Part shown: in pieces, positions 51,006 to 64,000 of the stretch
How the letters are laid out: each line of letters starts with the position of its first letter
Position numbering within the stretch: the stretch's first letter is position 1
NCBI GenBank assembly: GCA_002189035.1
Contig: CM007992.1
Coordinates: 2,356,001 to 2,420,000, forward strand
Origin: Utricularia gibba
Lineage: Eukaryota; Plantae; Magnoliophyta
Direction: 5' to 3'
Length of the DNA stretch: 64,000 nt
Made by a program: the position numbers and the translations under genes
Notes under the pieces: generated by a model
What the model saw: only the letters and a program-made list of their open reading frames with translations
The model's database searches: none
Told to the model about the DNA's origin: nothing

Positions 51006-52195
51006 TGCTAAGTATCATTTTGGTAATTAAAATTGTTTGGTTAAGAGTCAATAATATAAGTTTTAAGATTTATCTAGATTAGAGTAATTATCTTAATTTA
51101 TGTATTTTATCTAATATTTTGATTTTAAGTTTCATAAGAGGTGAACACGTGGCAGAAAGAGGAGAAAAGGAGTAGAATACCGCAAAATACATCTTCTTGA
51201 ACTAAGATTCTCCTTGATTTATGGAGGACTACAAACGCCTAATGATGAGCCTTGATGTACAAAACATAGGAGCTTGTGATAGAAGAAATCACTAGTGTAA
51301 TAGTGTCAAATCAGGAGGTCTCTTGCAAGTCACTCAAGATTATTGCAAGATTAGAGGGACACAAAATTCAGATGATATAGACAATTCTAAGTTTCAATTC
51401 CAGTTTTCAGTTAGACATTGTTTATCTCTTTAGAAAGTTTTTCTCTAATTTCTCTCTAGAACTTTGCTTTTGTTTTCCTATTTTGTATGGTCATTCGTGG
51501 CTAAAATCCTTTGTTTAAGGGTTGGGAAACTCCCAACTTTACGTTTAATTAGTTTATTTTCACTTCTTTGAATTTGATTGGATATGCTTCAAGTGATTAT
51601 GTTACAATCTTTTTGTAATTCATTATTCAAGTATGATTAACTAATCACCACCAATGAGTTTACTTCAGAATCAATAGACAGATAGTAATCTCATATTTGG
51701 ACTCATTAGATCATTGGCAATACTCAAGTACTTGCACGTAATTCGATCATGAGGTAATGATTGCTGGACCTTTTATCTTCCCATTTGTCTAAGGGGAGCA
51801 ACATCAGGCAATTCTTATGCCTCCTTGCAGGAAAGTATGAGGGAGGGTAGATAACTTCTTAATTCTATAACCGAGTACTCGAGAAGATTAGAGAGGAATG
51901 GAAATCTAAGAAATGTAGTTGAGCAAGATTCCAATCCCAAGAATATCTTTTTATTTAAGGTTCATAACTTAACTTCATTTATATTGTTTGTTTACAATTT
52001 TCTTACTCAAGCTTCATCATTCATGTTTCAACCATCTTTCCTTATACAAACTCGTTTACAAATCATGATTGTTCTATTCAGTGTAAACTTCACCATTCCC
52101 TAAAAAACCAACTCCCTGTGTTCGACACCAGTACTACGCATTTGTGTTTTATGAATTAAAAATATTTAAAATTTATTATGGAATAACACACATTA
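51006..52195 (+). mobile_element. Athila-type solo LTR inside the copia integrase
   Basis: Starts TGCTAAG, carries CTCCCTGTGTTCGAC near the 3' end, degenerate TSD AACTA/AGCTG. Removing it restores CTA GAA CTA ATG CAT TTT GAT GTT TGT (LELMHFDVC). Confidence 0.8.
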
Positions 52196-53226
52196 AGCTG
52201 ATGCATTTTGATGTTTGTGACCCAATGAGTGTTGATACACTAAAAGAGAGAAGGTACTTATTAGCTTCATTAATAATAAATCACATTACTCTTGGGTGTT
52301 TTTATGAAGTGCAAGTCACATACCTTTGAGCACTTCATCACCTTCAATGCCTCTACAGAGAGAGCTTTAGATGAGATGCTAAAATGCCTTCATACTGATA
52401 ATGGAGGCAAATTCAGCTCCCTGATGTTAAGGAAGAATTAAGAAGAGAAGGTATTAAATATCACAAAACTGTAGTTTACTCCCCATCATATAATGACATA
52501 GTAAAATGAAGAAATGTCACAATTATAGTCATGGTTAGGTGCCTACTCTTGCAAAAAAAGTTGCTCATGCACCTCTAGAGTGAATAAATTGCAACCACTA
52601 TGTACATCCAGAACATATTAATCACCTGTGGGTTCAAAGGAGTGAAACCATATGGATTGGGATCATAGCATGTCTACTTTACATGTATCTAGTTCAACAT
52701 CAAAATTAACATCTTATATTGAATTAGATTTTCTTCTTGATAACTTCTATTAGGATGCTTATCCTAAAATCACTAAGATGGAACCCAGATGGAACACCTC
52801 AAAAATACAAGCTAGGTTAGTAGTCAAAGGATATTTTTAAGAATATGAAATTGATTAATATGATAAATTTGCTCTAGTTGCAAGATTTGACACCATAAGA
52901 TACTAATAGCTATAGCTGCTCAAGAAAACTAGAACATATAACAAATGGATGTTAAGTCACCCTTCTTAAATGGTGAGTTGTATAAAAAATATATTGTGTG
53001 CAGCCTCTAGGTTTTGAAGTAGCAGGACACAAAGTATATCTACTACTTAAGGCTTTGTATGGTCTGAAATAGGCACCACATGCCGAGTATGAGAAGCTAG
53101 GGAAAGTAATACTTGACTTTGATTATGAGAAAAACAAAAATGAGACTTCACACTGCTACAAGAGAAATTCGGAATTTTGATAGTTGTAATCTATGGAGAT
53201 GATATCATGATTACGAATAATGGTTT

Positions 53227-54396
53227 TGATGGTAATTTTGCAAGTGCATAGAAACCATCGAAGTAAAAAAATAAGATCGTATCCACAATGAATTGTTATT
53301 GGAATTTTCTTTTTAAACAAAGACTTAAAAGGACTGAAAACAAAAGAAACAATTGAGTTTAAAAGCAATAAGAAAAGTGGTCTTGGATCTAAGGTTCACC
53401 TTGTTCAAAACTCGTCTCTACGTGTGTGCGAACCTTAAAGATTGACCTACTTGCGCAAGCTTTGGGAGTGTTATTCTAAAATAGTGGTACTCGATGACCG
53501 TTATAGCACCATCTCTTGTTTTGTGGGATTATGGAATCAACCACGCCACCAGAGCCATTCCACCTCTTGTGATAACCCATGTTTTCCCTGCATCCAAAAC
53601 TAATCCCTACACCTCTTACCTTGCAGATAGATTAGACATAATGTGCCTTACCAATGATGTCGAATTGAGCCCTTCTCCTTAGGTGCTTGAGGCCAACCTT
53701 TGATTCTCTTACACACCCTTAGGGCTATGTGGTACTAAAGATCACGTTGGTAAAAGCAAAAAACAGAATCAAACCTCAAATTAAATGCTGAAAAACATAG
53801 TAAGACAGTCATACGTACATGACTTGCGCAAGCAAAGCTTCACCGTAGATCCTCAGCCGCAAGCACTCACATGCGCATGCTCAACTCTAAACAAAAAAAT
53901 TGATGAAAAACGAAAGGAAAAGAATAAAAAATATGCTAGACTAGACTCCAAACCCTAAAATTGACTTTCTAATCGTCCACGACTTCGATCTTCAGATTTG
54001 GATCTTTATATAATGGTGGGAACTTGTCGGATTTTTTTGATGGGTTCACATCAAATCTTCTATCCGGATCTTCTAAGATTTGATACAGATCTTCTAGAAT
54101 AAGATCCAAATTTTCTAAGATATGATACGAATTTTATCTTATCCGAGAATCTTTGACCGAGTGTTCATCTAGATAGACCAAATCTTTGCCTCTATTAAGG
54201 TCAATTCGAAAATCCTTCAAATTATTCCAAAATTGTACTGAAAAATCACAAAACACACTTTCCCTCCAAAAAGAAAGTGGTATGAAAGATATAAAATTCT
54301 TCTAAAAACATAAGAAAAGTATGATGAAAAGAATGCAAAACCCATATAAGTGAGTCCTAAAAAGCACAAATATAAGTGACACAAAATCATTTATCA
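53227..54396 (-). mobile_element. Inverted gypsy-type solo LTR inside the copia RT
   Basis: TG..CA ends and TGTGGATACGATC motif on -. RT stops at YGDDIMIT and resumes at QFKEFLK...FLGMEV. TSD is only 3/5. Confidence 0.65.
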
Positions 54397-57300
54397 GATT
54401 GGAATTACATCAGTTCAAGGAATTCTTGAAGGAAAAATTAAACATGATATACTGAGGAATATTACATCAGTTCTTGGGAATGGAGGTGAAGTGACAACAA
54501 GAAGTGATTTTTCTATGTCAGGAGAAGTTCACCAAGAATATTCTAAACAAGTTTGGGTTTTCTTAATGTTCATTTGTAAATATGTCTATAGTTTAGAACT
54601 AAAAGTCATTGTACACAGAATCTGGAGAGTCAATAGATTAAACACTCAACAAATCCAATGTTGGATCATTAATGTTTCTAACTAAGACTCATCAAGATAT
54701 CATGTTTGTAACTATCTTATTTTCTAGATTCATGCATTATCCACTAATGGCTCACCTACAATGGGCAAAAAGGGTATTATAGTATCTAGATGGAATCTTA
54801 ACTTATGGCCTATACTATAATATAAGCAACAAGGTTATGTATGATTTCGTTAACTTAGACTTTGTTGGAGCTAATGATTTCAGAAGCACCTCAGGTTATT
54901 TCTCCAAATATGCCTCAATTGGAATATGTTGAACCTCTAAGAAACAACAAACAATTGATCAATCAATCGCAAAGGTAGAGTATGCTTCTGCTTCCTTAGC
55001 TACAAATCAGGCTAGCTAGCTAAGGGAAATACTCACTAATCTTGGATGAAAGGAACTAGATCCAACCACAATTTATTGTGACTCTAAAAGTATCATAGCC
55101 ATGACCAAGGCCCGTGTTTCATGGGAACATGAGCATATATCAATAAAGTACCACTGTATTTGTGAGAAGCAAAAGGATGGTGAATTAAGGTTCACAAACT
55201 ACAACTTTGGTGATCAAGTCACTGATATTTTCATCAAGGTACTACCTCTCAGCCAATTTGAGAAATTGAGAAGTGAGTTAGACTTAGTGAATGGGAAAAC
55301 ACTCGCGAGGGAGCTTGTTAAGACTGAGTGTTCTTCAAGTTGAGGGGTTTGGAATGCATCTTAAGAATACATGCTCTAATAATCAAGTGGGAACCTGCAT
55401 GATAAATCAGCTGGATGAGCTGCTAGCATGTTGGAAGCTGAGGCTGGAAAATTGAAATAATATCAAGGAATAGTTGGAAGGGGGAAACTTGATCAGCCCT
55501 AGTTTCATGGTTTTGTTATACGGTTGAGATCTATAGCATGGTCACATTAAGTGTCATTTTTTACATAATTATTATGTATTATTATGTATTAATTTAGGAT
55601 TAAGTTACCCAAAGTAAGAGTTATATTAATAAGTATATTATTTTATTAGAAAAATATAATAATTATTATTTATATATATTTTGTGTTATTTTTTATGTAC
55701 TTTCATACAAAGTGATAAAAAGCACTATTCGAGTATTGCAGAAGATAAAACACTAACATTTTTTCAAACTTGTACGTGATTTGGATCTATTGTAAGCAAA
55801 AGATTGATAATGTTCAAGACCCATGCCTTATACGAATGGTAAAGCTAACTGCACAAACAAGATAGAAAGAATGATGGAAAGGAAACACAGAAAGAAAATA
55901 CACATGGGATGTGAATTAAAGTCTCATTAAAGATTTTTTTTCTCTCTTTCAAAACTTGAACTTTTGATTCTTCCTATCAATCATAGGGAGGAAGAAAAAT
56001 TTTCTTTTCAAAATTTTGTTTCTGTTTCTAATGGTCATTCATGACTAAACTTTCTTAGTTTTTGGGAAGCAATGAAGTTTTCTTCTATGTCTTGAGCATG
56101 TCGATTTTTCTCTCAATTTCTTCTAGATTTTGCATATTTCCATGTTCATGTTGCAGTCTTTCTATAACATCTCTTAGTCATGATCCTTGAGTAACTCCTC
56201 ATGGATTTTGATGAAGAATAAGTTGAAGAGCACCGTCTCCAATTCTATTGGTTCGAGGGAGATAGCGAATTGTTTGTAATCGGTATACTTCACTAATGGA
56301 TGAGTAGTGACCTTGTACCTACTATTGGTCATTGGCGACATTTGGGCACATGCGTAGAATTCAGTTTGGGGGCATTTGATGGCAATCCTTTTGTCCTCCG
56401 AATCGTCTAAGAGGGAATCGTGTGAGGCTATTCTTGTGCCTCCTTGTAAAAGAGCATAAGAGATAGTAAGCTATTACTTGCTCTTATGTTATTCGAAAGA
56501 AACAGTGATTGCCGAGGCAGGGAGAGACAAAAGGGGAAACGGAATCTCTTTTCCAAGAACTGCTTCCCTTAGTCAAAGTTCATTACTTACGTTATATTTT
56601 GTATTCTAGTATTTTAGAACCCATTTTACAAATCCGTGATGATTTATAAAAGTTTAGTACAAAATGTTTTTCACAAACTCAACTCCCTGAGATTGATACT
56701 CATACTACACTTTAATTATATTTTATGTTTTTCATATTTAAAATTTGTTGAAGAAATGACATGCAACGTTTCCCTATTTCTGTTTGAAGTCTATTTCTTT
56801 TGTGTATATAAAAGATTGTTGTCCATAACTTGTGTACAAAACTGTCTCTTTACAATTAATTAGTTTCCTTTGCATTACATCTTCAACATAAGTCTCCTTT
56901 TTCGTTATTTTTTTTCTTACACAATCAATTAATAGTTCATCTTATTTTTGTCTATCAAGAAACATTAGGAAGAATGGTGAAATAAGGTATGGAGGGATCA
57001 GGCATAAAAGTTCTCTCTCAAACATGCAAAATTGGTAAATAATTTGAGTTGCTCTACTCGTGCCAAATGTAATCACTCCCTCAATAGTATGGCAACACAC
57101 CTATGATATTGTCAGTCAAGATTCATCATAACAATACAATCATCATTTAGGAATCATAACCATTTGTTTTATTTATATATCTTCCTATAATCATTTTTGA
57201 CACGGTGAAAATTTGCTTCTTCATTATGCAGTGCTGATGAAATACATCACATCTTCTTTTCTGTTAGCCATATCTAAAAAATCTTGGTTTCCAGCCTGGA

Positions 57301-58385
57301 AATCCAAATCCCTTTGTGCTTGTCTGCTGAGTTTAGATGCATTTAGGGGTAGGAACCATATTTGATATATAGGTTATAAAGGGCTTTAAATTTACTTGAC
57401 CTTGAGAACCCATATTATTGGATTTATCTAAGTACATATTGGGACATGACTTTAGTTAAACCTAACATTCTGAAATTTTAGAGGAAAATGCTCGTAGGAT
57501 ATGATTATGTGAGAAATTCATTGCTTGGATATTTGGGCAAAGCACATGTTGTTGCTCCCTATCAGAGTATGTTATTAATTCCAATTTTCCATGACTTATG
57601 GTCTTTGAAATTCGCTGGTACCCATATGGTCATTTTTTGACATAATTCTATATTATTTAATTTCCAGGTTTTCTTTCTTGTTGAAAAGATGCTTATATGA
57701 TGGCCTAATTGGGCAGTGCTGCGATGTAGTAGTTTGTACCAATGAAAATATGATGAATTGTATGAATAATAGTGAAGTTATGCTAAGTGCTATTGCATGT
57801 GTTTTAATAGAACATTTGTTTAAGATAAATTTTATTATAATTTTCTAATGAAGATGTTATTGTTAATAAAATAAAAGATTCCTAGACATATTGAATACTT
57901 AACTAGTTGAACAAAACATGTCTATTGTGGAATTACTATAAGGTACTTGCTTGAACCTTAGAATTTGCTAGTGAATTGACAATTTTGAACAGTAATTGTG
58001 TGATTGTGTTAATATAAATGTATGTCCATGGTTAAGATGCAAGCACCACATTTAAGTGTTGGTGCTACTTGTGGATTGATTCATTGGAAAATTTACGTGT
58101 AGGAACCACAATTGTCTGCTTTTGATGCTCATGCTTGCATACCATAACCATATAGACATAAGATATAAGCACCACAATTGACTACTTGATGTATTCATGC
58201 ATTACATACCATAGCCATATAAATGTAAGGCACAGGAACCATAATTGACCTATTCGGTACTCAAATAAAAATTTAGATGCAAGCACCACAATTGACCGCT
58301 TGTGGAGATTGCAAATCATTGCATTGAGAAATTCACCTACAAGCATTATAATTGAGTTTTCTAATGCTCATGCATTACATACTAG

Positions 58386-58840
58386 TAGGGGTGTAATCGG
58401 GTGGGACCTTAATCAAGTGGTTTGAAGCTCAGCTCGGTAAAGGCTCAGCCTGAATTCGATTTATGTGAGCTCAAGCCTAAACTAGATCCATCAACTGAGC
58501 TCGACATACTTAATCGAGCCAAGCCCGATCAAGCATGGGCTTGGCTCGATGGCTCAAGGCCCAGCATGGGTAATTAAAGATTTAGAGATGTGTAATAAAT
58601 CCCTAGTCTATTGGATTTTTTTCACAATAAAAAAAGCAGCTTTGCTATTACGGAGTGTGCAACATTAGTTAATGTATTATATTCACATCTCTTATGGAGA
58701 CGGAGTGTGCAGCAGCATTACATCTGTGATGGAGACAGAGCCTGTTCAAACTCAAGCCAAGCTCGAGCTCGATGTGAAGGTGGGCAAGTCAAGCTGAGCA
58801 CACTAAAAGCACGGCTCGACTCGGCTTGATTATACCCATA
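58386..58840. mobile_element. hAT-family MITE
   Basis: TIRs TAGGGGTGTAATC / GATTATACCCATA (11/13), 8-bp TSD CATACTAG / CATACTAT, AGCTCG/CGAGC subterminal repeats. Confidence 0.85.
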
Positions 58841-58848
58841 CATACTAT

Positions 58849-58968
58849 AAGCATATAAACTCAGGAGATGTTTGTTAAATATTAAAATGAAGCATATAAA
58901 CTTGGGGGATGTTTGTTAAATATTAAAATGAAGCATATAAACTTAGGGGATGCTTGTTAAATATTAAA
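58849..58968. repeat. 41-bp tandem repeat, three copies
   Basis: aagcatataaact(c/t)(a/g)ggrgatg(t/c)ttgttaaatattaaaatg at 58849, 58890 and 58931. Confidence 0.9.
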
Positions 58969-59492
58969 CTTAGGTAATAGAGTGGTATGTTGTGTAGAAT
59001 GAATGTATGATTCTCTACATGTTTAGTTCAAAATTAGATAGAGTGGCATGCGATGTTACATGAAAATATAGTCTTTTAAAAATCTAATTTATCTTCAATA
59101 ATATCTCCAAATAATGAATCATCATATCTAAACAAATTTCAATGAACTCTTTCTTGCATTGATGCTAACTCTACGACCCGCATGAAATCATCAACCAAGT
59201 GTGGCCAATGAGGTTTTACACTCCTTTTATATTTGAAAATATTGAGTATGCACCCCGTTTATGTTTCAAGAATGCATTCTGAGGGATGGGGAACAAGTAA
59301 ATGTTTTTTGGGTTTATTTGAATACGATTGAAAACTTAAATTCGTTTTGAAAACTAATTTTTTTGTTTTTATAGATTTACTTAGGAAGCATAAAACTTGG
59401 ACAATGGATTTGGATGAAATATGCAAAATGATTCATGTAAAGATAGGCTTCACGAAAATGGAGAGAATGTTAATAATGGATTTAGGTGGACA

Positions 59493-59609
59493 AGATGATC
59501 ATGGACCCATGCAAAAGAGAAATGTTTGGTTGAGGCTTTGAAGGAGATAATGGCTGCTGGTTATACAGCTGATAATGGATTCAAAGCAGGTTATCAAGCG
59601 CCATTATAG
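59493..59609 (+). pseudogene. Harbinger-associated Myb/SANT-like domain remnant
   Basis: R*SWTHAKEKCLVEALKEIMAAGYTADNGFKAGYQ matches the Myb/SANT-like consensus WT..EE..L...L.....G...DNGFK.GY. Confidence 0.75.
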
Positions 59610-60611
59610 CAGGCATCGACTTCTCCTCGATTCAGATATTCAAATTTTTAATGATGATGAATGAAGAAAATGAGCGCAATGAAGTGTAGTAAGTTTCCAG
59701 TGAAAACCAAATTTCCAGTTTCATAGAATACTTACAATGAGAGTATTTTGGACAATTTATATTTTTTAGTAGTCAAATATCATAAACTTATAATATTAAT
59801 CAAACACATTTTATAACGTATCTAATACAATTTATATAATCTATACTATATTTCATAATACCATATTTTATTATCCAATCAATTGAACAAGTCCTTAAAG
59901 CGCAAGTGCTATAACTGAACACCAGAGGTGCCTCCCCCATGTCTTTGTTGCCAAATAAATTAATGACAATAATACAATAACCCTCCAACTGAACACCAGA
60001 GGTGCTTGAAGATTGAAGGAGAGACCAAGATGTGAGCATCACTTTCATGACTTGTATTTGAAATGAACTATGGTACCTGCTATAACCATGTGTTTCTCTG
60101 ATGTGTTATCTTAAGATAGCGAAAAATGCTTACAAGTGTTAACATGAAACATGGGATTTTCAAGAAAGTCATCATATCATCTAAAACACAATCACAAAAT
60201 GCAATCAACCCACAGTCATCGAAAGTCATCACATCATGGAAAATGAAACAATGTCTGCAGCCCTCCATTTCCGAGTTCCAACAAAGGGTTCCTGCTTAGC
60301 ATCACTAGAGGCATGGAAAAATAATAATTGAACACACAATTTAAAATTTAAAATTATAATTAAAGTAATAAAAAACACTCCCTATAATATTCATATAAGT
60401 TACTAAAAAGTCTTCAATTGTTCTATCTTTATCAAAGATTTCTTACCAATCCTTAGTAATAGGGCCATGTTTTGTATATAAAACCATGAATCCTCCCGAA
60501 AGCTACAACACGAGCATCCTTACATTATAGGTGACATTAGACCACTAGATGAAAAAAAAAATATTGACATGTTATAATTCGTTCTATAACAACTCCTCAC
60601 TAGTGTATAGC

Positions 60612-61340
60612 TAAGGATGGTCACAAGTCAGGTTTGGTTTTGGGTTTGATTGGACCCATAACCGACTGGGATTACATTTTTAAAATTCAGATCCAAACCA
60701 AACTCGTAGTATAACCATTGGTTCTGGATCTATGGGTCTAACTCGGATCTAGTTTGGATTTGGTTTAAATAAATATTAATTTTACTATATTTTTGAAATA
60801 CTGTAAAATATATTATTTATTTGATTTCAAATAATAAATAATTGATAATAATGTTTTAAATGAAAAATTAAAAAAAGAGCTCGAAGAAATAAAATATAAA
60901 ATGATTAAAAAATCAAAATACAAAGTTAATTGTGGTAACCTTAAGGTAAAGTCACTAAAATATTATATTTTAAATCCGATATTTTATGTAACTACAATAA
61001 TAAAATTCTAGGTAGGAAAGATTAGATCTAATATATACAATTTCTGGTATTGTAATTTTTCCATTAAATATATATACTTTCAATTAATAATATTTTTTAT
61101 TTCTCATTTGTAGAATTTTTATCTAAAAAAAATTATTTTAAATAATCACTCATATTAAAATGAATATTTAATTAATCAAGTATACGGGTATGTCTGGATT
61201 GACCACCGTTGTGCCAGATCTGAACTGAGAATAAATGGATCTTAAATTTTTTGCTCACACCCATTTTAATGTAACCAAGCTTGTATAATCATTCGGGTCT
61301 ATCGGGTTAGATTATGATAATCGAGTATTGCCCAACCCTG
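60612..61340. mobile_element. hAT-like MITE
   Basis: Ends TAAGGATGGTCA / TGCCCAACCCTG resemble the TAGGGATGGGCA consensus; (T)CGGGT/GGATC subterminal motifs. TSD is poor. Confidence 0.5.
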
Positions 61341-61463
61341 TGTCTCATGTTTCACATCAATTAACCTAGAATATTGATTGTGAAACTTGCCCTAAAAAAT
61401 TCTGATCGTGAACATTAGAACTAATACGGAGTTATGCTCGTATATCACACCTTAGACCGAGTT

Positions 61464-61670
61464 TTAGGAAAACAAATTGGATTGCTTGATTTGACCTCTT
61501 CTAAACCCATTTTTTACCTTCAGCTCATCTACTATTTGTTTCAAGGCAAGAATTAAATATTTGTCCTCTTCAGGTTTCCATTGGTTGGGATTTCTTACTA
61601 TCATCTCAATCAATTGCATTATCATGATTGTTATGGGAAAGAAAATTATCCTTCTCCAAGACCAAGGCAA
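61464..61670 (-). pseudogene. Second Myb/SANT-like (Harbinger ORF1) remnant
   Basis: QWKPEEDKYLILALKQIVDELKVKNGFRRGQ. Confidence 0.65.
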
Positions 61671-62927
61671 ATGGTATCCTACTTCCAGAAGATGACAAAA
61701 CCCTATGAGTGAGAGATGATGAAAGCTACAGATGGAGAGGTACTCCTGTCCAACAAAGGTTTAGGACCATTCTAGAGATGCCTGCCGAGATCCTGAAGAG
61801 GTCCTGAAAGCCTGAAAGGAGGGGGCTTCACCTGAAAGCTCGATCGGGTATATATCCTCCATGCCCACCATCTTGTCGTACTCTGCTTCTCACCCTTTCT
61901 CCGCACACTGCTACCTACCGGAGGCGATCTCTTTCTTTGAAATGGAGGAACGTATTCCTTCTCAGAGATATTAGCATGAATGTATGGCAAAAAGTGGAAA
62001 GTATCATCTCAACACTTGATTTTGTGCAAGTAGAGAACAAAGAAAGAAACAAGGACTGAATTTTGGGGCAACACAAAACAACCAAATGAAGGTGAAAATC
62101 TTCAAGAATCTGAAATGATTTCTAAGAACACAACATTTTCTTATAACCTTACATGTTTATAGTGAATCTTTTCCACTTAGTGTGTGAGTACTCTCGATTT
62201 TTTTGTTTTTTAAGTTATCATCTCTATATTCTTTATTTTTATCATCTTAAATTGATTAGATATTATGAAAATTTCCATAAATAGACTAAATCATCAAATC
62301 CATAAAAATAATGTTTTTGTTTACGTCATTCTACTCTTCCATAGGTCTATATATTCCATAGATTTTGAATAACATTGAAATGAATGATATTAAAAAAGTA
62401 TATGAATCTTTGACATTCCAAATTTATACTGTACCATATATGACAGCATATCTAATGGAATATACCATATATCAATTATTTCCAAATTTGTATACATAAC
62501 TGTAGCTATAATAATCTCAACTCAACCAACAATAATTGGAATATAAAATGTATACCACAAATTTACAAACAAATAATCCACTACCAATATCGCACAACAT
62601 TCATACTTTCAACTTACAAGTACAAGGCAAGAAATCACAAAATCAAATACATACCAAAGCAAGGAAAAACAAAATCCTCTCCTCGATCCTCTATCTCCGC
62701 TGCTCATACAATTTTCTAGAAATCAGAAACCAGAATGGGTCTTGTGAGTGCATCCTGCACAAAGCAGTTAAGCTCCCAACAGAAGTTTCCCTTGGTCAAG
62801 GGTCATTGTGCAAGTTCAAACAAGCATCCGTGGAGGAGTTCACGCAATGAGTATATGGTACTGAGTTTAACTTATCAGAATGGACCAAACATGGTGAAGT
62901 TAGGCCCATGTGCTCCTCACTTCTCTT

Positions 62928-64000
62928 TGTTAGAATTAATTCTAATTTAAGGGCCTATATGTATTAATCGTTGTCCTTAATCCAAATAATAATAAAGTGA
63001 TCAATTTATTATTACTGTTTGGATAATCTTTTAAGGTGGTTTTTGGTTGGTTTTGTTGGTGATTGTATAGGGACTAATGTAAGTTTTGTTTAGTGATGGG
63101 CTAAATGAAATTCCAACTCTATAAATAAAGGAGTCATGGTCCCCAAAAAAACATCGAATTTTCTCTTGATGTCCCATCGATTGAGAGAAATGGAGATTGC
63201 TTGAAGGCTTTTCCAAATTGTTGTACTTCTTGTAAGATCGCTGTCTGCGCTTTGGTTCTAATGAGAAGTCTTAAGTTATGGATTCTGGTATACATTTGCA
63301 CTTCAGCTGCATAAAACCCTCAACCATTTCTAATAATTGGTATTAGAGCAATATCGGAGTTATTGAGTGTTTCTTTTGGTTTTATGATTTTCTAAAACCA
63401 TATTTGTGAAAAAAGAAAAAAAGAAGAATGAAACATCAGTTTAAAGATATTTCAAACCATAGTCTTTTGGATTACATTTTTCTGTGGAAGGGGTTTTCAA
63501 CCTCAAGTTATTTTCAAATGATTTGGATTATCATATTGTTCTTCAAAATGAAATCCCTAGGGTTTCCTTTTCTTTTGAGTGAATTAAATTGAAATGAATA
63601 GTCATATGATGTTGCCAAAGTAACATCTCTATGAAAGCATAGGAGGATAATGCATATTTAATTTTTGAAACTGTTATCTACCCAAAGGAAGATAAATATT
63701 GGATGAAAATCATAAGGATGCATTTGTAGTAATAACATAGTGATAATTATTGTGTCTTGCATATAAGTTATGAATCTACCCAAAGGAAGGTTCACCTCTT
63801 GATGTGTAGTTTATTATCAATGTTTGATTCCTACTCCTAGACATCATTGATTAATTAATATTTTGTCCAAAGATAGAATATTGATGTAATTAGATGTTTT
63901 CTGATGGGATATACCTCTATTTATTTTATTTTTTATCTAATAGTGAGCCAATTTTCTTCTCTTTTCAGCAACTTTGGCCACTGTTTCCAGCCACCATGAA
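62928..64000 (+). mobile_element. Copia 5' LTR (62928-63335), PBS and 5' leader running off the window
   Basis: Starts TGTTAGAA, TATA-like CTATAAATA at about 63119, ends ...CTAATA; PBS TGGTATTAGAGC at 63338-63349 (tRNA-Met type with one mismatch). Confidence 0.75.

Larger units (their letters stand above)
49024..55530 (+). mobile_element. Old Ty1/copia retrotransposon with two nested solo LTRs
   Basis: 5' LTR 49024-49429 (TGTTAAG...CTATCA), degenerate PBS TGTTATCAAAGC at 49432, gag knuckle CKYCKRTSH..GTC, WLVDSSCLTHM protease, MHFDVCDPM integrase, RT/RH remnants. 3' LTR from 55316 (TGTTAAG), truncated and diverged. Confidence 0.88.

Noticed and set aside
57000-58000. Harbinger transposase upstream of the Myb/SANT remnant
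   Set aside because: Expected by context, but I could not read convincing DDE motifs or TIRs.
59912-60006. 19-bp direct repeat AACTGAACACCAGAGGTGC
   Set aside because: A short local duplication in TE debris with no associated feature.
1-64000. tRNA, rRNA, organellar insertions and the many short antisense ORFs in the ORF track
   Set aside because: No recognisable RNA-gene or organellar sequence was seen; the short ORFs are shadows of TE or kinase coding regions or AT-rich noise.

Overview
AT-rich plant (angiosperm-type) nuclear DNA dominated by nested, mostly decayed transposable elements. Only one gene looks intact: a 6-exon CRPK1-like receptor-like cytoplasmic kinase (46963-48652, +, 387 aa). 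The TE content includes: an Athila-type Ty3/gypsy element with an env-like ORF (4222-12032, TSD CCTCA) inserted into a chromovirus integrase/chromodomain remnant; four gypsy-type solo LTRs; several Ty1/copia remnants; a hAT transposase remnant and hAT MITEs; PIF/Harbinger remnants; and two Mutator-like (MULE) elements. Four features stand out. (i) A MULE (about 33.8-40.1 kb) whose transposase and a decayed accessory gene are transcribed divergently from a central 41-bp array of alternating GGGCGCTGC motifs, an architecture reminiscent of the VANDAL/VANC anti-silencing system. (ii) A 226-bp nested palindrome at 13563-13788 that can fold as one long hairpin or as a T-shaped double hairpin. (iii) A truncated, exon-deleted SR45 splicing-factor fragment at 41950-42526. 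(iv) An exact 17-bp direct repeat bracketing the kinase gene. All assignments come from motif recognition by eye; no database searches were run.
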